Assembly: GCA_020161935.1 (NCBI GenBank)
Contig: JAIUNI010000004.1
Coordinates: 178,927 to 242,926, forward strand
Length of the DNA: 64,000 nucleotides
Reading direction: 5' to 3'
DNA from: Chloroflexota bacterium
Lineage (GTDB): Bacteria > Chloroflexota > Anaerolineae > Aggregatilineales > Phototrophicaceae
In this document: positions 60,385 through 64,000 of the stretch, in pieces
Numbering within the stretch: the stretch's first letter is position 1
How the letters are laid out: the number at the start of each line of letters is the position of its first letter
Translations under genes and position numbers: made by a program
The notes under the pieces: generated by a model
The model's input: only the letters and a program-made list of their open reading frames with translations
What the model was told of the DNA's origin: nothing
Databases searched by the model: none

Positions 60385-62133
60385 TTACTCCTGTACAGCG
60401 TGAGATGATGTGTGCAGCATCAGCGGTTTGGGGGCAATATGTTCTTTGATTTGCGCGAATGCGCTTTCTGTCGCCTTGACAATTTGAGGATGAAAAACGT
60501 CCCAGAACTTGTTTAATACAGTCAGTCGAGTGTTTTTACCGGCCGCAATTTCATCAAGTTCTTGTTCAAGTTGAGATGTGTAGTCCAATGCTAAAACATC
60601 ACCAAACGACGTTGTGAGAAAATCGCATAATCGTATGCCATTCTCGGTCGGTATCAACTGTCTTTGACTGAGTTTGACATAATTCTTTTCCTTCACTGTT
60701 TTGACCATATTGGCATACGTCGAAGGGCGACCAATGCCTCGCTGTTCCAGTGCGAGTATTAAACCAGCTTCCGTGTATCGGGTAGGAGATTTTGTTTGAT
60801 GTTCTTCCACCCGTGGTGCTACCAACTGGAGTGGCTGTTTTTCAACTAATGATGGCAATACTTGTTTGGTTTCTTGATTTTCATCTTCCAGTTCTTGGAA
60901 TATTTTGAGAAAACCGTCGAAGAGTAGTGAGCGTCCTTGTGCTCGAAACTCGATGGGAAAAGGCTGCCCAACTATTTTGCCGGCATAAATAGCTGCACCA
61001 GAGACGGTGTAAAGTGCCGGTGACATCTGTGAGGCGATAAATCGCCGCCAAATGAGTGCATATAACGCTGCACCCTCTCCCGTATCATCCGCAGGAGTCC
61101 GTTGAATAGCTGTTGGCCGGATGGCTTCATGCGCTTCTTGAGAATTAACCGTTTTCACCGTATAGGCTGGGGGGACGGTTGGCAGGTAATCTTCCCCAAA
61201 CTCCCTAGTAATGTAGTCACGTGCAGCAGCTTGAGCCTCAGTTGCAACCGCTACCCCATCTGTTCGCATATACGTAATCCAACCTTGTTCATAAAGCATC
61301 TGTGCCAATGACATCGTTTTTTCAGGGGATAGTCCTAGTGCTTCGGATGCGGACTGCTGAAGTGAGGCGGTTGTAAATGGAGGATATGGGTGACGAGCCT
61401 TGATCGTTCGAGCGGTATTCCCGACCCAAAAAGAAGCGTTATTGAGGAACGAGGTCAATTTGTCAAGCGGTTCACGTATCTTGAATGTAGTCGCTGCACC
61501 TTTAATCTGGTGTAGTTTCGCCGTAAATGTGTTTTCATCCTTTTTGAGTTTGAGTTCTAAAGTGAAGTATTGTTCAGGAACGAAGCTTTCAATCTCTCGT
61601 TCCCGCTCAACGACCAAACGTAAACAAACGCTCTGCACCCTCCCAGCGGAAAACTTGCCGCCCAAAGTTTTTGTTGCTAAAGGAGATGCCATATAGCCGA
61701 CAAGCCTATCCACGATGCGCCGTGTTTGTTGTGCTTCAACCAAATTCATGGCGAGTGTGCGGGGATGCAAAACTGCATCCAACACTGCTTCTTCTGTAAT
61801 GGCATGAAACACGACGCGGTAAAGTGGCTTGTCCCGCGAAATATCGGCTAACTTCAAAATGTGCCATGCAATGGCTTCGCCTTCACGATCTGGGTCGGTA
61901 GCGATATAAACTGCCTCAGCATTTTGAATGGCTTTGGCTAATTTTTTGACGAGGTTACGCTTATCGGACAATATTTCGTAAGTTGGCTGAAAATTCTTGG
62001 CAATGTCGACACCCAATTCAGCTTCCGGTAAATCACACATGTGTCCACGACAGGCTTCTATTCGCCAACCAGCGCCTAAGTATCCTGCGATCTTTTTAGC
62101 TTTGGCAGGTGATTCGACGATCATCAATTTCAC
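60385..62133 (-). CDS. topA: Type IA DNA topoisomerase without C-terminal Zn ribbons
   Basis: IVESPAKAK, ATDPDREGEAI, SAGRVQS, ITYMRTD, AHEAIRPT, GIGRPSTY. Confidence 0.95.
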   Translation of the reverse strand: MKLMIVESPAKAKKIAGYLGAGWRIEACRGHMCDLPEAELGVDIAKNFQPTYEILSDKRNLVKKLAKAIQNAEAVYIATDPDREGEAIAWHILKLADISRDKPLYRVVFHAITEEAVLDAVLHPRTLAMNLVEAQQTRRIVDRLVGYMASPLATKTLGGKFSAGRVQSVCLRLVVEREREIESFVPEQYFTLELKLKKDENTFTAKLHQIKGAATTFKIREPLDKLTSFLNNASFWVGNTARTIKARHPYPPFTTASLQQSASEALGLSPEKTMSLAQMLYEQGWITYMRTDGVAVATEAQAAARDYITREFGEDYLPTVPPAYTVKTVNSQEAHEAIRPTAIQRTPADDTGEGAALYALIWRRFIASQMSPALYTVSGAAIYAGKIVGQPFPIEFRAQGRSLLFDGFLKIFQELEDENQETKQVLPSLVEKQPLQLVAPRVEEHQTKSPTRYTEAGLILALEQRGIGRPSTYANMVKTVKEKNYVKLSQRQLIPTENGIRLCDFLTTSFGDVLALDYTSQLEQELDEIAAGKNTRLTVLNKFWDVFHPQIVKATESAFAQIKEHIAPKPLMLHTSSHAVQE

Positions 62134-62318
62134 GAAGATTTCTCCTTCGAAATAGGTTTCGTTAATTGTTCTGATTTTTCAGATCGCTTTTGTAAGCTGA
62201 GATGTGCAGCCAATTCTCGCTCTCGTAGTACCAACCAAATTGGCCACTCGCGATAAGCGTGATAGGCTTGTTCTTCAATTGCCTGCCAAGGTGGAGCATT
62301 CGTCTGTTTTTTAGACAT
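62130..62318 (-). CDS. Small hypothetical protein
   Basis: AGGAG RBS, overlaps the topA start. Confidence 0.55.
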   Translation of the reverse strand: MSKKQTNAPPWQAIEEQAYHAYREWPIWLVLRERELAAHLSLQKRSEKSEQLTKPISKEKSS

Positions 62319-62321
62319 GGT

Positions 62322-62573
62322 TTAGGTACTCCTGAAGCGGGCAAGTTCACCGACCGTGGGACGGTTGTAGAGATACCACAACCCTTCGTCCTGTATATCG
62401 AGGACATAATGAAACCGGGGAAGAGCAGCAATGATGTCCCGATGCTGTTGGTTGAGATGCTGGAAAGCAGCATCCTCATGGAAAACATTCATGCCCTGCC
62501 GCTGAGAAAAAATTACTCGGATAGGGCTGTTTTCGAAGACCAAACGGGCTTTCCCATCCAGCATGACGCTCAT
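62322..62573 (-). CDS. Small hypothetical protein
   Basis: 83 aa, packed at the head of the topA operon. Confidence 0.45.
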   Translation of the reverse strand: MSVMLDGKARLVFENSPIRVIFSQRQGMNVFHEDAAFQHLNQQHRDIIAALPRFHYVLDIQDEGLWYLYNRPTVGELARFRST

Positions 62574-62817
62574 TTGTTGGTGGAGTCGTAACTGACCAAC
62601 AGGTTACGGCAGCCGCACCGTTCGATCTGGCCGAGGTAGCCCGCGCCGTCGAGCGGTATCTCCCCAAGTCTGAAATGGACAACCGAGGTCGTAAACGAGC
62701 CAAACCCCGTTCTTGAGGCGGGTGTCCCTGGCTCGATTTTGATTTGCTCAGGAAAGGAGCATCGAGATGAACAAGCGGAAGACAGGTGTAGTGGGGGTCG
62801 CAAGCGGAGGGGTATCC

Positions 62818-63837
62818 ATGAATGTGCTGACGGTGGGGTTGGATGTGGGCTACGGCGTGGTCAAGGCGGTCACTGACACGAGCGAGATTAGTTTCCCATC
62901 AGTGGCGGGTCATGCCCGTGAGATCAAGTTCCAGGCCGAAACGCTGGCGAGCCGTTATCCGGGGGATCAACTCATCGATGAGGAGGGTCACTGGTTCGTG
63001 GGCGATCTGGCGCTTAACCAACTCCCGGCGGGCGAAATCCTGCGGCTGCGGGGGCGCACGGCGAACGAGGCGACGATGGGCAACGCCTTCCGGCTACGGT
63101 TGGCAAAAGCGGCATTAGGCAAGTTGCTGGGAGGCGGTCTGGGCAATGGCGATGTCGTACATCTGCGACTGGCTAGCGGCCTCCCGGTCGATTACATGCG
63201 CGATGCCGGGGAGTTCAAAGCCGGGCTGGTTGGGCAGCATCGCATTCAGACTGATGCGGCGGACTTTGTAGTGAATATCACCGAGGTCATGGTGATGCCG
63301 CAGCCCTATGGCAGTGCCTACGCCATGATGCTCACCCCCGCCGGGGAGATCAATGTCTACCACACCTGGATGCGAACTGGGGTCTGCGATGTCGGAACCT
63401 ACACCGTCGATCTGGTGCTGGATGACGACGGTGATTATGTCGATGCCGAAAGCGGTTCGGTCGAGAGTGGTGTCTACACGGCCCAGGAACGCATCGCCGC
63501 CATGCTGGAGCGCGACTACCGCGAAAAGATACCTCACAAGATCGTCGAGAGCGTCCTCAAGACCGGCATGTTCACCGCGCATGGCAAGACCATCGACTAC
63601 AGGAGCGAGGTTGAGGAGGCTTTGCAACCACTCCGCAGTGCGACTCTGAATCTCATGAGCGAGAAGTGGCAGCGCGGCACGACCGTCGATGTCATCTACC
63701 TCTCCGGCGGCGGAGCCGAACTGGTCTATGAGGAGGTGAGCCGAGCCTATCCGCAGACCAAGCTAGTGCCGCAAGCCCAGATGGCAAACGCTCGGGGGTA
63801 TCTGTTCTATGCCAATTTTATGGGGAGGAGCAAGTGA
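62818..63837 (+). CDS. parM: ParM/StbA-family actin-like partition ATPase
   Basis: GLDVGYG.VK, GLPV, PQP.G, DVGTYT.D, GGGA; GGAGG RBS. Confidence 0.9.
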   Translation: MNVLTVGLDVGYGVVKAVTDTSEISFPSVAGHAREIKFQAETLASRYPGDQLIDEEGHWFVGDLALNQLPAGEILRLRGRTANEATMGNAFRLRLAKAALGKLLGGGLGNGDVVHLRLASGLPVDYMRDAGEFKAGLVGQHRIQTDAADFVVNITEVMVMPQPYGSAYAMMLTPAGEINVYHTWMRTGVCDVGTYTVDLVLDDDGDYVDAESGSVESGVYTAQERIAAMLERDYREKIPHKIVESVLKTGMFTAHGKTIDYRSEVEEALQPLRSATLNLMSEKWQRGTTVDVIYLSGGGAELVYEEVSRAYPQTKLVPQAQMANARGYLFYANFMGRSK

Positions 63838-63851
63838 CCATGCAGCAGCCG

Positions 63852-63891
63852 GGTTGGACACGTCCAACCATTCGTCCTGACACGTCCGACC
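63852..63891. promoter_or_regulatory. Palindrome and partial repeat between parM and the parR-like gene
   Basis: GGTTGGAC-AC-GTCCAACC followed by CCTGACACGTCCGACC. Confidence 0.45.
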
Positions 63892-63916
63892 AGTTTCTTG
63901 AGGGAAGGAGGGAACC

Positions 63917-64000
63917 ATGCCGAAGAAGCCCAAGCGCGGCTACAAGATGATCTCGTTCAAGGCTTACCACGATAGCGACGCTGACATCCTCGATTGGTGG
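63917..64000 (+). CDS. Partial ORF, probable ParR-like DNA-binding protein
   Basis: MPKKPKRGYKMISFKAYHDSDADILDWW..., strong RBS, downstream of parM; truncated by the window end. Confidence 0.55.
   Translation, partial: MPKKPKRGYKMISFKAYHDSDADILDWW

Larger units (their letters stand above)
28225..64000. mobile_element. Backbone of a conjugative/mobilisable plasmid or ICE (boundaries not visible)
   Basis: Relaxase, coupling protein, ParM/ParR, topoisomerase IA, SSB, primase, methylase-helicase and PRTRC-like cassette. Confidence 0.75.

Noticed and set aside
1-64000. CRISPR array, rRNA, tRNA, integrase/att site
   Set aside because: I saw no regularly spaced repeat-spacer array, tRNA/rRNA signature or recombinase motif by eye; element boundaries cannot be set.

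Overview
This window looks like a slice of a large mobile element (conjugative or mobilisable plasmid, or ICE). A Chloroflexota-like host is inferred from GAAC-N4-GTTC-type SOS boxes and gene style, not proven. From left to right: (1) ~0.1-17.5 kb, a partly decayed copper-resistance island: CopZ, CopA- and CopB-type P1B ATPases, three paralogous c-type cytochrome lipoproteins, rhodanese, YceI, DUF305/CopM-like proteins, VKOR, a NarL-type two-component system and a beta-propeller-multicopper oxidase fusion. Its upstream regions share a 7-2-7 palindrome (TACGCCA-NN-TGGCGTA). (2) An SGNH hydrolase, an imuA-imuB-small gene-dnaE2 mutagenesis cassette with LexA-type boxes, and a TetR/glycosyltransferase/DUF4013 operon. 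(3) ~28-43 kb, a co-oriented block resembling a plasmid leading region: DUF488, SLOG, methyltransferase-helicase fusion, RepB-type primase, a PRTRC-like Ubl/E2/E1 cassette lacking JAB, a PAPS-reductase-like protein and SSB. Two copies of a covarying structured nucleic-acid element lie at its start and just upstream of ssb, and a further ~370-nt structured region precedes it. (4) A type I R-M locus interrupted by a SOS-boxed HTH gene, a DUF4062-TM gene and vapBC. (5) A mobilisation/partition backbone: RHH, HUH relaxase, HU, VirD4-like coupling protein, topoisomerase IA and ParM/ParR. All family calls come from motif recognition by eye; no database search or folding program was run.
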